In this document: piece after piece, positions 24,723 to 34,937 of the stretch
How positions within the stretch are numbered: the first letter of the stretch is position 1
Layout of the letters: the number at the start of each line of letters is the position of its first letter
Notes under the pieces: generated by a model
Seen by the model: the letters and a program-made list of their open reading frames with translations, nothing else
Told to the model about the DNA's origin: nothing
Database searches by the model: none
Origin: an uncultured Gemmatimonadales bacterium
Lineage (GTDB): Bacteria; Gemmatimonadota; Gemmatimonadetes; Longimicrobiales; Gaopeijiaceae
Assembly (NCBI GenBank): GCA_963809895.1
Contig: CAWELD010000003.1
Coordinates: 1,728,001 to 1,792,000 of the forward strand
Direction: 5' to 3'
DNA length: 64,000 nt
Position numbers and translations under genes: made by a program

Positions 24723-24886
24723 GCGGGCGTGGTGTCAGATGGAAGATGAGAAAGGCCCGGCAGCGCCGGGCCCGGCGGGCCGCGCATCCGTCCGGACGCG
24801 CGCTGGCCCTCGACGCATTACCATACGACGAGCGCGGCGCCCCACCAAGGGCGCCGCGCCGTGTCCATGCCGGGGTCCCGAGCTTG

Positions 24887-27640
24887 TCAGCGCTCCGGAT
24901 GCTCCTTCAGGATGTCGCCCTTGCGAACGTCGATGACCACCACTCCGTCCGCAGCGGTGGTGGCGTACAGCTTCACCACCACACAGCGGTCCTCGGTGAT
25001 GCCCTCCGGCGGGATCGGCTGGTTGAAGTCGTTGCCGAGGTAGAGCTGGACCGCGTCGCCGATGAAGGCGCCGCGCTTGTCCGTCACCGGGATGGTGCTG
25101 CACTGGAGCCCGTCGTTGTCACCCGGGAAGGGCAGCGTCGCGCGCATGGGACCCGTGATGATGTCGCGAATGGCGACCCGGCCGATGCGGCGATTGTGCC
25201 AGGTGTCGATCACGTCCACCGTGCGGTCACCGGTCCCGACGAAGGCCAGGTGCGTGTCGGGCCGGTAGGTCCCACCCGGGTTGTCCAGAGTCTTGGCGTT
25301 GGCGTGCAGCGGGTGCAACGCTGCCCCCGAGCCCACCTCGCCCAACGGAATGGCCACGCCCCCCTGACGTCGCAGGTCCGGATCGAAGAACGCAGCCTCG
25401 TCCCGACCACGCACGACACCCAGCGTGCCGTCGTAGTTCATGCCCAGACCCCGGACCTCTTCGGAGTTGTTGACGAAGAGGTCGGCCACGGGGATGATGC
25501 CCGACAGCGCCGTGGTCTGTCCCGGGCTCGCCTGGTACATGAGCACCCGTCCCACGGGCTGGGCGCTACCCTCGCCCACGGCGATCCACCCTCCGTCACC
25601 GGAACCGGCGACGTAGGTCGTATCCTGGAACCCCAGCGAGGGGATGTTCCAGCGAGCGCCCTCCACGATGTAGGCGTCGGAACCCTGACCGACCAGCTCG
25701 AGCCACGCCGCCGTCGGTGTCTCACCCAGCGCCGTCGCCGCCCGTCCGAAGATCACCTGGTCCGGATAGCCGGGCACGTGGTCGAAGAGCGTGAGCGCGG
25801 CAGACAGGATGGGCGAGCCGTCACCGGTCGTGCCGATGGTGTCGACCTTGGCACCTACCGAGTCCACGTGGGCCACGGCCCAGAAGTTCTCAGCCTGCTG
25901 CGTGAGGCCGTGCTCCACGAAAAGCTTCACTTCGGAGCGTTGCGAGCCGTCCGGATAGAACGCCTTCCGCGCCGTACCCACGTCACCCACGAGCGTGGTC
26001 TTCGTGGAGTACACGACGTTGCCGAAGGAGTCGACCGCCATGAACTGGGGCCGGTCCGAGAACGCCGGCGAGTTGAACTGCGGCAGCGGGAAGATGGTGT
26101 ACTTCACCCCGGTGTCCGACTCGCTGAGCTGGATGTCGAAGAGGACCACGTCGGGGGTGAGGAAGCGACTCGCGTCGGCTTCCAACTCGGTCCCGAGGTC
26201 CACCACCGACATGTTCGTGCCACCCGAGTTGGCCACCCACAACGAGTCCCCGTCACGGGTGAGCGCCAGACCCCAGGGCTCCGCGCCCACGGCGATGGGA
26301 TGTCCGAAGGTCTCGGACCCCATGCGGAAGACCTCGAGCTGGTTCGTCTCGATGTTGGACAGGAAGAGGTTGCCGCGGGCTGTGTCCACGGCGGCGTCCA
26401 TGATGTGGCCCCCATTGGGCAGCACCACTGTACGACCGGCAACATGCGAGCGGGTGAGGCGCAGTCCCTGGCGACTGTCCGCCACGACCTGCCCACCCGG
26501 CAGGCTGGCACACTCGAGGCGCTGCGGCGTGTCCTCGTCCACCGCCGCGGCACAGTTGCCAGCCTGATCCACCATGTAGCCGGTCACCTCGTAGATGAGC
26601 GTGTCCGGCAGATTGAGCGAGTCCACGTTGAAGACCGGAACCGCGAACTCGTGTCCCACCGTCCCGGTGCGAGGCGGTGAATAGGCCTCTTCACCGGCCC
26701 GGACGAGGGTATCCTGTCGGTTGACCGAGATCGCCTTGACCGTGTAGCCGAGGCGCACCACGCCGCTCCCCTGGGGATCGTCGTTCCCCGAGACCTGGAT
26801 CCGCAGCGAGTCCTTCAATTCCAGCTTGGGCAGTGCACTCACGTTGAGGGTGACCGTGGGTGCGGTCGCGTCGCCCGCGCCTCCGGTCACGACCCGGACC
26901 GAGAGCCCGTCCTGACCCGCCAGGTCTTCGGTGTTCCGGGCCGTCGCGGCGATCTGCAGCGTGCCGCTGGTGCCCGCGGGAATGGCCACCGTCGTGTCGG
27001 CCCGGATGGAGTCCGTCGCCGGAATCACCGAACGCACCAGGGTGGTGTCGAAGGCTCCCGACAGCTCGAAGGAAATCTGCGCGATGCCCTGCGGGTCGCG
27101 GGCCACCGCGGACAGATTCAGGCTCAGTCCCGCCTTCACCGACTGGCCGCTCGTGAGGTTGAGGAGCTGTACGTCGGGGCCGCCGATGATGAGGGGCACC
27201 GTGTCCGCCGAGGCGTTGCCATCGCTGTCCCAGGCCCGCACGACGATGGAGGCGGTCTCCTTGTCCGTGACGCCGGTGGGCTGGAGATACCGGCTCAGGA
27301 CGGTGTCCCGCACCGAGCCGAGAATGACCTGCTTCGATTGATAGCGGGCCACTTCCTCCTGGGTCCCGAGCCCCGGGTCACCGCGAAGGGCGAAGCCCAG
27401 AAAGCGGACGGAATCGACGCCGGCGTCGTCGCGGACCCGCACCCGCACGAGGATCGAGTCCCCGACCGGCTTGGCGGCCTGGGCGTCCCCGCTGGGCACC
27501 TGGATCTCCACGCTCGGGGCACCGGCGAAGGTAGAGGTCGGGCCGCGGAATTGGTTCGGTCCGTCACATGCCGTGACGACGGCCACTGCTGCGGCCAGGG
27601 TCACGGGGATGAACGGGCGCTTGGCTCCCATTGGGCGCAT
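24887..27640 (-). CDS. Large predicted lipoprotein with Ig-like repeats and a YVTN-like beta-propeller, encoded right after pilQ
   Basis: Basic N-terminus, hydrophobic stretch, VTAC lipobox; three beta-rich repeats (APSVEIQ.., PDVQLL.., APTVTL..); propeller-type motifs VGAEPWGLAL, LWVANSGGTNMSVVDL, AFVGTGDRTVDVID. Confidence 0.75.
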   Translation of the reverse strand: MRPMGAKRPFIPVTLAAAVAVVTACDGPNQFRGPTSTFAGAPSVEIQVPSGDAQAAKPVGDSILVRVRVRDDAGVDSVRFLGFALRGDPGLGTQEEVARYQSKQVILGSVRDTVLSRYLQPTGVTDKETASIVVRAWDSDGNASADTVPLIIGGPDVQLLNLTSGQSVKAGLSLNLSAVARDPQGIAQISFELSGAFDTTLVRSVIPATDSIRADTTVAIPAGTSGTLQIAATARNTEDLAGQDGLSVRVVTGGAGDATAPTVTLNVSALPKLELKDSLRIQVSGNDDPQGSGVVRLGYTVKAISVNRQDTLVRAGEEAYSPPRTGTVGHEFAVPVFNVDSLNLPDTLIYEVTGYMVDQAGNCAAAVDEDTPQRLECASLPGGQVVADSRQGLRLTRSHVAGRTVVLPNGGHIMDAAVDTARGNLFLSNIETNQLEVFRMGSETFGHPIAVGAEPWGLALTRDGDSLWVANSGGTNMSVVDLGTELEADASRFLTPDVVLFDIQLSESDTGVKYTIFPLPQFNSPAFSDRPQFMAVDSFGNVVYSTKTTLVGDVGTARKAFYPDGSQRSEVKLFVEHGLTQQAENFWAVAHVDSVGAKVDTIGTTGDGSPILSAALTLFDHVPGYPDQVIFGRAATALGETPTAAWLELVGQGSDAYIVEGARWNIPSLGFQDTTYVAGSGDGGWIAVGEGSAQPVGRVLMYQASPGQTTALSGIIPVADLFVNNSEEVRGLGMNYDGTLGVVRGRDEAAFFDPDLRRQGGVAIPLGEVGSGAALHPLHANAKTLDNPGGTYRPDTHLAFVGTGDRTVDVIDTWHNRRIGRVAIRDIITGPMRATLPFPGDNDGLQCSTIPVTDKRGAFIGDAVQLYLGNDFNQPIPPEGITEDRCVVVKLYATTAADGVVVIDVRKGDILKEHPER

Positions 27641-27660
27641 CGGTCTCTCTCCCGCTCGGC

Positions 27661-29469
27661 TCAGTTTGCCGCGTCGCGGACGATGTGGGGCGTCACCAGA
27701 ATGATCAGGTCACGCTGGATCTGGGACTCCCGCCTCGTCTGGAAGATCCGGCCCAGCAGGGGCAGATCCATGAGGAGGGGAATGCCGGACCGCACCTCGC
27801 TCTTTTCGGTGACGGTGAGTCCACCGATCACCACTGTCTGGCCGTCACGCACCAGGACCCGGGAATCCGCCGTCTGGGTCTGGAAGATGAAGCCCAGGTC
27901 GGACTCGGCGAGCTGCGGCGACGAACGCTCGGCGTGGAGCTCGAGAAGGACGTTCCCGTCATCGGTGATGTGCGGTGTCGCCTCGAGAATGATACCGGTC
28001 TCCTCGATCTGCACCGTGGCGCGAGGCAGAATGGCGGCTCCCTGCTGCGCGCCACCCGCCCCTCCTGCGCCGCCACCGCCGGTGGCTCCACCCACGGCCC
28101 CCGTACCCTGGTCGATGACGCGCAGCGGAGTGCGCTCACCGACCTGGAGCCGCGCCTGCTGATTGTTCATGACCGTCACCGACGGCGCCGCCTGGATATC
28201 GCTCAGATTCCGGGATTGCAGCGCCTCGATGAAGCTCACCAGCGTATGGCGCCCGATGAGCAGCGAGCTGAGCAGCGTCAACGTGGGCTGGCTGACCCGG
28301 TTCTGCGCGTTCCCCAGCGCGGCCACCGAGTTTCCACCCAGGGCCACCACGTTGGCGCCCTGTGGCACGGACTCGTCGGGCAGCTCGATGACGCCGTCGC
28401 CGTTGGAGTCGCGGGCGCCCGGGGTCACGAGGTTCAGCTGGTTGCCCGCCGAATCCTTCAGATCGTACACCACACCGAATTCGTTGAGGTCGGTGCGGTT
28501 CACGAAGACGATCTTCGCCTGAATGGTGACCTGAGGTGTCGGCTCGTCCAGGTGCGAAACCAGGTCCGCAGCGGCGTCATGGACCCGCTGGATGTCCGTC
28601 ACCACCACCGAGTTCGTACCCTCGCTGGCCGACACCGCACCGCGGGTCGTCAGGATGCCCTGCACCGCCTGGGCCACCTCGGTGGCCGTGGCGTAGTTGA
28701 TCCGGTACGACCGCGTGATCACCGGCTCCACCTCTTCGCGCTCGTTGAGGCTGGTGATGTTGTCGACCCGGATGATGCCGTTGTCGAGCTGGCGTGCCTG
28801 AAAGCCGTTGGTCTCGAGGATGGCGTTCAGGGCCTGGTCCCAGGGCTGTTCGTCGATCTGAGCGGTGATGTTCCCCTCGACGGTGGACCCGGCCACGATG
28901 GAGCGGCCGGAGATCTCGCTGAAGGTGAACAGCACCTCACGAATGGGCGTCTCGGCGAAGGTCACCGAGATCGGCGCCATTTCCTGGGGCTGCGGCGCGG
29001 CGACCGCCGGCGTGGGGGTCGGCGCCTGCGCGGCCGGAGCCGAGCGCACCGACACGTCACGCAGCTGTGCCGGAGCCGATCCCGAGCTCCATGCGTCGAA
29101 AGGACCCGTGTGACTCTGGAGTTGGATGTGCAGGCCATCCGCATCGGACGTCACCTGGTATGGCACGAGCTCGTCGAGCTGCAGCGTCAGCCGCACCACG
29201 TCGTCGGTATACTGGCTCGTGCGCAGCGCCACCACACCCCCGCGGTCGATCCCCTGGAAGTCCTTCCGGGGCAGGGCGTGCCGGGCACCGAAGACGTCCA
29301 CGACGAGGCGATTGGGCCCCTCCATGGTGAAGTCCCGGTACTCGACCGGCCCGTCGACTGCGATGACGATCTCCGTGGTGGAGGCCGCCGGGCGGATGCT
29401 GACCTCTCGGACCGGTCCCCCGGCCAGAAGCGAGCACAACCCAGTCCACAATGCGAGCATCGACGTCAT
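27661..29469 (-). CDS. pilQ: Type IV pilus secretin PilQ
   Basis: AMIN domain (PNRLVVD), N0/N1 (PWDQAL), PQVTIQAKIV, secretin motifs GQTVVIGGL, SGIPLLMDLPLLGRIF, LIILVTPHIV. Confidence 0.95.
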   Translation of the reverse strand: MTSMLALWTGLCSLLAGGPVREVSIRPAASTTEIVIAVDGPVEYRDFTMEGPNRLVVDVFGARHALPRKDFQGIDRGGVVALRTSQYTDDVVRLTLQLDELVPYQVTSDADGLHIQLQSHTGPFDAWSSGSAPAQLRDVSVRSAPAAQAPTPTPAVAAPQPQEMAPISVTFAETPIREVLFTFSEISGRSIVAGSTVEGNITAQIDEQPWDQALNAILETNGFQARQLDNGIIRVDNITSLNEREEVEPVITRSYRINYATATEVAQAVQGILTTRGAVSASEGTNSVVVTDIQRVHDAAADLVSHLDEPTPQVTIQAKIVFVNRTDLNEFGVVYDLKDSAGNQLNLVTPGARDSNGDGVIELPDESVPQGANVVALGGNSVAALGNAQNRVSQPTLTLLSSLLIGRHTLVSFIEALQSRNLSDIQAAPSVTVMNNQQARLQVGERTPLRVIDQGTGAVGGATGGGGAGGAGGAQQGAAILPRATVQIEETGIILEATPHITDDGNVLLELHAERSSPQLAESDLGFIFQTQTADSRVLVRDGQTVVIGGLTVTEKSEVRSGIPLLMDLPLLGRIFQTRRESQIQRDLIILVTPHIVRDAAN

Positions 29470-29972
29470 CGTGAGCCTCCTTGGCCCCGAGTCGGCATGT
29501 CCATGGTTCTCCGTTCCGTCAACCCGAACTCCGTGACCTCCACGACCACCTGACTCCTCCGGATCTCGACGATCCGTACGTTCCCCCAACGCTCACCCAC
29601 GTGAAGGCGCACGCTCTGGCCGATGGGGCCGGAGCCGGGGTTGCCGCCCTGGGGCCGCCCCGCGGACAGCGTGGCGACGCTGGATCCGGGTGTGGGGCTG
29701 AACAGGATGGCGTCCAGATGCATCTGTTCGAAGCGCGGCCCTCCGCTGGCGTTGGCCAGCAGCGGCTTGAAGGGGTTCCGACGCTGAAAGGTCGGATACG
29801 TGAACACCTCGCGCTCGAACACGAGCTGCGGATCTCCGATGTCCTGCGCCCTCTGCTGCGCGGCGGACGTCGAATCCGGCGGGCTGGTCTGCTCCTGGTC
29901 CTGTCCCATGGCCGCGGCTGGCACGGCCAGGGCGAACAGCGTCAGGACGGGTGCGAGAACGCGACGACGCAT
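29466..29972 (-). CDS. pilP: PilP-like pilus assembly protein
   Basis: Between pilO and pilQ; signal peptide, RRNPF motif, C-terminal beta domain (LHVGERWG, IVEI). Confidence 0.7.
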   Translation of the reverse strand: MRRRVLAPVLTLFALAVPAAAMGQDQEQTSPPDSTSAAQQRAQDIGDPQLVFEREVFTYPTFQRRNPFKPLLANASGGPRFEQMHLDAILFSPTPGSSVATLSAGRPQGGNPGSGPIGQSVRLHVGERWGNVRIVEIRRSQVVVEVTEFGLTERRTMDMPTRGQGGSR

Positions 29973-29974
29973 GG

Positions 29975-30592
29975 TCAACCTCCTACCTGGGAGCCCATGT
30001 CCGCCGACGGCTCTTCGGAGCTCGGCAGCACATAGGTCTCGATGCGGAAGGTGGCCTGCACCGGCGCCTCGTACTGGAGGAGCCCGGTGTTGGAGTTCTG
30101 CTGCAACTGGGTCATCTGGAGGTCCACGGGTGTGATGATCCGGGGAAGCGAGGCGATGGACGTGAGGAAGCGCCCCACGTTGTGGTATTCACCGATCACC
30201 CGGAGGGTATAGACCTGCTTCGTGTAGAACTCGCCCGGCTGGTCGGGCTGCGGCTCGATCAGGTTGAGATCCACGTTGAGTGAGCGTGTCTGCGTGGTCA
30301 GATTGCGCAGAAGCTCGGGGACCTCTTCACTGGCGGGCACGAGCTGTTCGAGCGCCCGCACGTGCCGCTCGTACAGGGCCATCTGCTCTTCGAGGTTCCG
30401 GCCGCCACGGGCGGCGGTGATCTGGGCCGCCCGGTTCGAGCTTTCCAACCGCTCGAGCCGCGACTGCGACGCCTGCAGGTCCGCCTGCGCCGGCGTGTAC
30501 AGATATTCCCAGAACACGTAGAAGAGGGCCGCCACCACCAGAATCACCACGAAGGCCCGTTGCTGCTTCGATCCCTTGGGCAGGAGTGCCAT
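29975..30592 (-). CDS. pilO: Type IVa pilus biogenesis protein PilO
   Basis: TM segment, coiled coil, LVPASEEVPELL, GEYHNVGRFL, LPRII. Confidence 0.9.
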   Translation of the reverse strand: MALLPKGSKQQRAFVVILVVAALFYVFWEYLYTPAQADLQASQSRLERLESSNRAAQITAARGGRNLEEQMALYERHVRALEQLVPASEEVPELLRNLTTQTRSLNVDLNLIEPQPDQPGEFYTKQVYTLRVIGEYHNVGRFLTSIASLPRIITPVDLQMTQLQQNSNTGLLQYEAPVQATFRIETYVLPSSEEPSADMGSQVGG

Positions 30593-30606
30593 GATCGCTC
30601 TCCCCC

Positions 30607-31281
30607 TCAGAGCCCGCCGGCCTCGGAGCCGGACTCGGCGCCGAGAAGCGGGACGGAGTTGAGGGAATCCAGGGCCGGCTGGACGAAGGACATCTGGAGC
30701 TCGAAGGCGTACACGACCTGCTGCGACCCGTCGATGGTCTGGGGCGCCTGCTCCGACGAGATCAGCTTGATGCCGCGGAAGTACTCCGACGCCTCCAACT
30801 GATCCATGAAGACCGTGAGGGCGAGGTTGTTGCCCGCGCGGCCCTCGACCTTGACCCGCAGGTCGGGGCTGGCGGAGATCTGCGAGACCTCCGTCAACCA
30901 TGTGTAGTCCGGAAGCGCACGAGCCACCTGGTCCAGGACGTGGGGCCAGATGTAGCGACCCTGGTCGATCTCCTGGATCACGCCCACGCGCTGGACGATG
31001 GAGTCACGCCGAGCCCGCAACCCGTTCGTCCGCTCGATGAGATCGGCGAACCGGGCCGAGTCCTGAACGGCGGACTCCAGGGCCACGGCGACGTCCTCCT
31101 TGTCTCCCCGGAGGGAGAACCAGAAGTAGCCCGCGGCACCCAGGGCCAGCACGACCGCCACGATGGCGGCCTGGACCCATCGGTCGCTGGGGAACCCCTT
31201 GATGCTGGGGCCCGAGAAGGAAACGCTCCGCTTGCGGGACTGCCGCTTGCGGCCGCCAGGTATGAGGTTGACCTCGATCAC
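30607..31281 (-). CDS. pilN: Type IV pilus alignment protein PilN
   Basis: N-terminal IEVNLIP (INLLP motif), TM, coiled coil, LPDYTWL. Confidence 0.9.
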   Translation of the reverse strand: MIEVNLIPGGRKRQSRKRSVSFSGPSIKGFPSDRWVQAAIVAVVLALGAAGYFWFSLRGDKEDVAVALESAVQDSARFADLIERTNGLRARRDSIVQRVGVIQEIDQGRYIWPHVLDQVARALPDYTWLTEVSQISASPDLRVKVEGRAGNNLALTVFMDQLEASEYFRGIKLISSEQAPQTIDGSQQVVYAFELQMSFVQPALDSLNSVPLLGAESGSEAGGL

Positions 31282-31294
31282 GGCTACCTCGCCG

Positions 31295-32332
31295 TCACGC
31301 GGTGCGGAGGGCCAGGCCCAACGGAAGCACGAACATGGGCGCGACCTCATCGAGGTTCACGGCCATGGCTGCGTCCGGATGGACAGGCACTCTCTCGAAT
31401 GGATTCACCAACTGCGTCTCCACGGCCATTCGGCGGCCCAGGGCCTCGGCCATGCCGGGGATCCTGGCGCCACCGCCGCTGATGTAGATGCGACCCAGCC
31501 CTTCGCCGGACTGGCGCGTCATGAGGAAGGCGGCGGCGCGCTCGATGCCCACGGCCACCTCGTCGGCGCTGGCTTCCACGAAGCCGCCCATGTCGTCCCG
31601 GGCCTCCCGTCCCTGCACCACGTCCTCGGCCTGCTCGGCAGTGAGGCCCCGCTCGCGCTGCAGATCCTCGCGGATGCGGCGCGAGCCGAACGGGATGTCC
31701 CGGGTGAGGAGCGGCACGCCGTCCTCGAGAATGTTCACGTTCGTGACCTCGTGGCCGATGTTCACCAGCGCCACGATGCCCGCCATGGCCTCCGGATGGT
31801 TGTGCTCGAAGGCGTTGTGCAGCGCGAAGGCGTTCACGTCGATGACGACGGGATTGAGCCCCGCTTCCACCAACAGGCCCACCTTGTTGTCCACCAGCTC
31901 GCGCTTGGCCGCCACCAGCAGGACCGGCATGCGCAGGCCCTCGCCCGCCGGATCGAGCAGCTCGAAGTCCAATTCGACGCTGTTGATGTCGAACGGGACG
32001 TGCTGCTCCGCCTCCCAGCGTATGACGTTGCGGGCATCGGCCTCTTTCATCCGGTCCATCTCGATGGGCTTGATGATCACGTCGTGACCGCCCACGCCCG
32101 TGATCACGTCACGGCCCTGGAGTCCCAGGTCGGAGAAGAGGCTGCGAACCGTGTCGGAGACCACTCCGTAATCCATGATCTCGCCTTCCACGATCGTATC
32201 GGGGAGGAGCGGTCTCATGGCGACCCGCCGGACTTCCGGCTGATCTCCCGAGTGGTCCACCTCGACGACTTTGACGAAGCCGCTGCCGATGTCGAGGCCG
32301 ACCGAGGTCTTCTTGCGTCCGAAGAGAGGCAT
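31295..32332 (-). CDS. pilM: Type IV pilus assembly protein PilM
   Basis: GLDIGSGFVK, EAEQHVPF, LLVAAK, LVNIG, ISGGGA, NPF, GLALR (actin-like fold). Confidence 0.96.
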   Translation of the reverse strand: MPLFGRKKTSVGLDIGSGFVKVVEVDHSGDQPEVRRVAMRPLLPDTIVEGEIMDYGVVSDTVRSLFSDLGLQGRDVITGVGGHDVIIKPIEMDRMKEADARNVIRWEAEQHVPFDINSVELDFELLDPAGEGLRMPVLLVAAKRELVDNKVGLLVEAGLNPVVIDVNAFALHNAFEHNHPEAMAGIVALVNIGHEVTNVNILEDGVPLLTRDIPFGSRRIREDLQRERGLTAEQAEDVVQGREARDDMGGFVEASADEVAVGIERAAAFLMTRQSGEGLGRIYISGGGARIPGMAEALGRRMAVETQLVNPFERVPVHPDAAMAVNLDEVAPMFVLPLGLALRTA

Positions 32333-32390
32333 GCGCGCCCTCGCTACGCGGCGGGTGAGGAGTGGAGATTTTCTCCAGAATACGGCGACG

Positions 32391-32420
32391 ACGGTAATGC
32401 CGAAAGACTAGTCACGTCAA
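32391..32420 (-). promoter_or_regulatory. Putative sigma70 promoter of pilMNOPQ
   Basis: Minus strand TTGACG-N18-TACCGT within an AT-richer intergenic region. Confidence 0.4.
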
Positions 32421-32525
32421 GAAATATCTCGGAACTGCCCGATGCGCAAGAATTGGTAAACATTTGACGCAAAACAGACTTCATCTGACGTCTCGCGACC
32501 TCGGCTCGAATCCCTTGGAGGAGCA

Positions 32526-33699
32526 TCAGTTGCCCAGGTTCGACAGGTCCACCCACGAGCGCTCGCTGAGCGTGCGCAGCCGGGTGAGGTTGCCGTTCAG
32601 CAGCAGGGCCCGCGTGATGGCGCAGCTCGAGTTCTGGACGATCGAGGTACCCACCAGGCGCTCACGATCGAGCGAGGCGTTGGAGGCCAACACGCCTCCG
32701 TAGATCCGCTGACCGCTGCCCTGGGTCTCGAAAGTGCCCCTGGGTGATGATGATGCCGTGGTAGATGAAGTCACCCCGCAGATCGGCGTTTCCGTCGATG
32801 AGGAGGATGCCCTGGCCCACCGCCGCCGACTGATTGTTGGCGTCGCCGTTGATGTAGATGATGGGGAAATACGACCCGCACGACGAGGTGGGATCGATGG
32901 GATCGCCCCAGTTGTTCGGATCCGCGTAGTTGCAGCTCCCGTCCGCGTTGAAGCTGGGAGACATGCCGTTGAAATTCCCACTCGAAAACTGCCAGTTGGA
33001 CAGGTCGATGAGATCCTGCCAGGACAGGTCTCCGAACTGGGTGAAGGTCGAGTCGGCGATGGACGCGTCGGTGCCCGTGGGCGGATCCCCGCTCACGGCG
33101 CCGCCGCCGCTGGTACTCACGGTCCCGCTGGGGTCGGTGAGCACGCCGGTCTTGTCGTTGTCGGCAGTCGGGCAGGACGACCAACCGGGTGGGTTCGTGT
33201 CGTAGCCCGACACCTCGGCGCCACCGCGGATGCTTACCGAGCCGCGCGTGGTGAGCGCGGCGGGCGGATCGATGTTGGCCGTGGAAAGCTTGGCGATGAG
33301 GCCCATCTCGCGGGTCGCGCCAGAGAGCAACTCGCCGCCCCGGGTGATGGTGCCCGTGCCGTCGAGCATGTAGTTCCAGTCCGACATCTTGGTGGCGGTC
33401 ACCGTCCAGATGCCTTCGTCGAGGGTGTCGGCGTAGGTCCTGGTGCTCCAATCGGACACACCGCTCCAGGAGCTGGCATCCCAGTTCTCCATGACCTCAC
33501 TGACGCCCCGCTCGGCGAGGTAGAACGCCCGCGTGGACTGGCGGCTCGCGATGCCGATGCGAGTCTCCTGGCGGGCGATGTAGAACCCGCCTGTCACCAA
33601 CACGCCCACCACCACCAACCCGAAGATGGCGGCCGGGAGCGCGAAGCCCCCTCGCCTTCGGGTGGCCGGGGCGGTAGTACGGATCATGGCAGGGTTCAT
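32526..33699 (-). CDS. PilX-like minor pilin 1 with C-terminal probable beta-solenoid (+1 frameshift in the C4 run at 32737-32740)
   Basis: Class III signal RRRGG|FALPA without Glu+5, typical of PilX/GspK. The C-terminus continues in the 32526 frame as GTFETQGSGQRIYGGVLA...SSCAI...ERSWVDL. Confidence 0.8.
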
Positions 33700-33729
33700 G
33701 GTTCCTCCTGGAAGGGCCGGAATCACCGG

Positions 33730-34551
33730 TCAGTTCCTGGTATAGATGGCGGCGGTGAGGGAGTCCGCGACTTGCCTCCCCGAGGTGGGGTTCTTGGCTT
33801 CCGAGCGTGCCCGGACCGTGACCCGGATCTCGCGAACGTCCGTGGCGACGGTGGCCGTCGCCCCGTTCTCATCGAAGTACGAGAAGACGAGTCCCGGCGT
33901 CGATGAGTCGTAGGAGACCAGCGGCCCCACCAGAGGAACGGCGTCCTGCCCCGGCGCCTTGCGCCCGAGATACGCCTGACCGTTCTCCTCGTAGAGGCCG
34001 TACGTGTAGGTCCCATAGGCTCGGATGGGCGCACCCATCCGTACCGAGTCGTTGGTGAAGTCGGCGTTGTATCCCGCGAAGGTCAGATCCTGCGCCGCGT
34101 CGCCGTTCGAGCAGGTCACCGAATTGTCTGCGGCCGAGACCACCGCGGAGATCCAGGCGTCGTCCGACGACTTGGCCTCCTCGTTGTCGGCGTACACGAA
34201 GACGGAGTCGCCGACGACGAAGCTGTCGGCACCCGCCGGGCGCACGCGAAGCGTCGGCGTCGTGGTCCAGTCCGGATCGCAGGTGACGCCGAAGGCCCGC
34301 ATGACGTGAACGGTGAGGGAGTCCTCGCTGAAGGACAGGATGTCCCCGCCCCGGCTACTCACCTCCCGGAGCTCGTTGAAGAGAACGTCCATGGCCGCGC
34401 GCGTGGACTGCTGCGCACGAACGTGCTCGTTCTGGACGGTGTAGGTGCGCTGGTTGACGACCAGTACCTGATAGGTCGCGAGAACCAGGAGTACGCCGAC
34501 CACAGCGACCACCAGCAACTCGACCAGCGTGAATCCGCGTCGTGTGCGCAT
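33730..34551 (-). CDS. PilW-like minor pilin 1
   Basis: MRTRRG|FTLVELLV; QQSTRAAMDVLFNELRE helix; third gene of the set. Confidence 0.85.
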   Translation of the reverse strand: MRTRRGFTLVELLVVAVVGVLLVLATYQVLVVNQRTYTVQNEHVRAQQSTRAAMDVLFNELREVSSRGGDILSFSEDSLTVHVMRAFGVTCDPDWTTTPTLRVRPAGADSFVVGDSVFVYADNEEAKSSDDAWISAVVSAADNSVTCSNGDAAQDLTFAGYNADFTNDSVRMGAPIRAYGTYTYGLYEENGQAYLGRKAPGQDAVPLVGPLVSYDSSTPGLVFSYFDENGATATVATDVREIRVTVRARSEAKNPTSGRQVADSLTAAIYTRN

Positions 34552-34937
34552 CACGGCCTCACGATCCGGTAGTCGAAGGTGTCGGCGACCTGGCCCTTGA
34601 GGCCGGGCATGCCCGAGCCGGAGCTGAGTCCGGGTCCCACGGTCACGATATGCACGGTCACCGACCGCTGACCCGCGGTCACGGTCCACTTGGCCGCGAA
34701 GTTCCCGATGGAGTCGGCGCCGGCCGTGATGCTGTCGTAGTCCATGCTGCGCAGCCGTTCGATGACGGATTGCAGCGCGGCAGAGCGTTCCGTGGTGACG
34801 CCCGACAGGGTGACCTGCCGTACCGCGAGCGCCGTGGTGCCCGCGAGGCCCAACACCCCCACGGTGAGGATGATGAGGGCCACCAGGACCTCCACGAGCG
34901 TGAAACCGCCCTCCCGGATCCGCCGACGGGTCGTCAC
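34551..34937 (-). CDS. PilV-like minor pilin 1
   Basis: REGG|FTLVEVLVALIILTVGVLGLA; short, second gene of the set. Confidence 0.85.
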   Translation of the reverse strand: MTTRRRIREGGFTLVEVLVALIILTVGVLGLAGTTALAVRQVTLSGVTTERSAALQSVIERLRSMDYDSITAGADSIGNFAAKWTVTAGQRSVTVHIVTVGPGLSSGSGMPGLKGQVADTFDYRIVRP

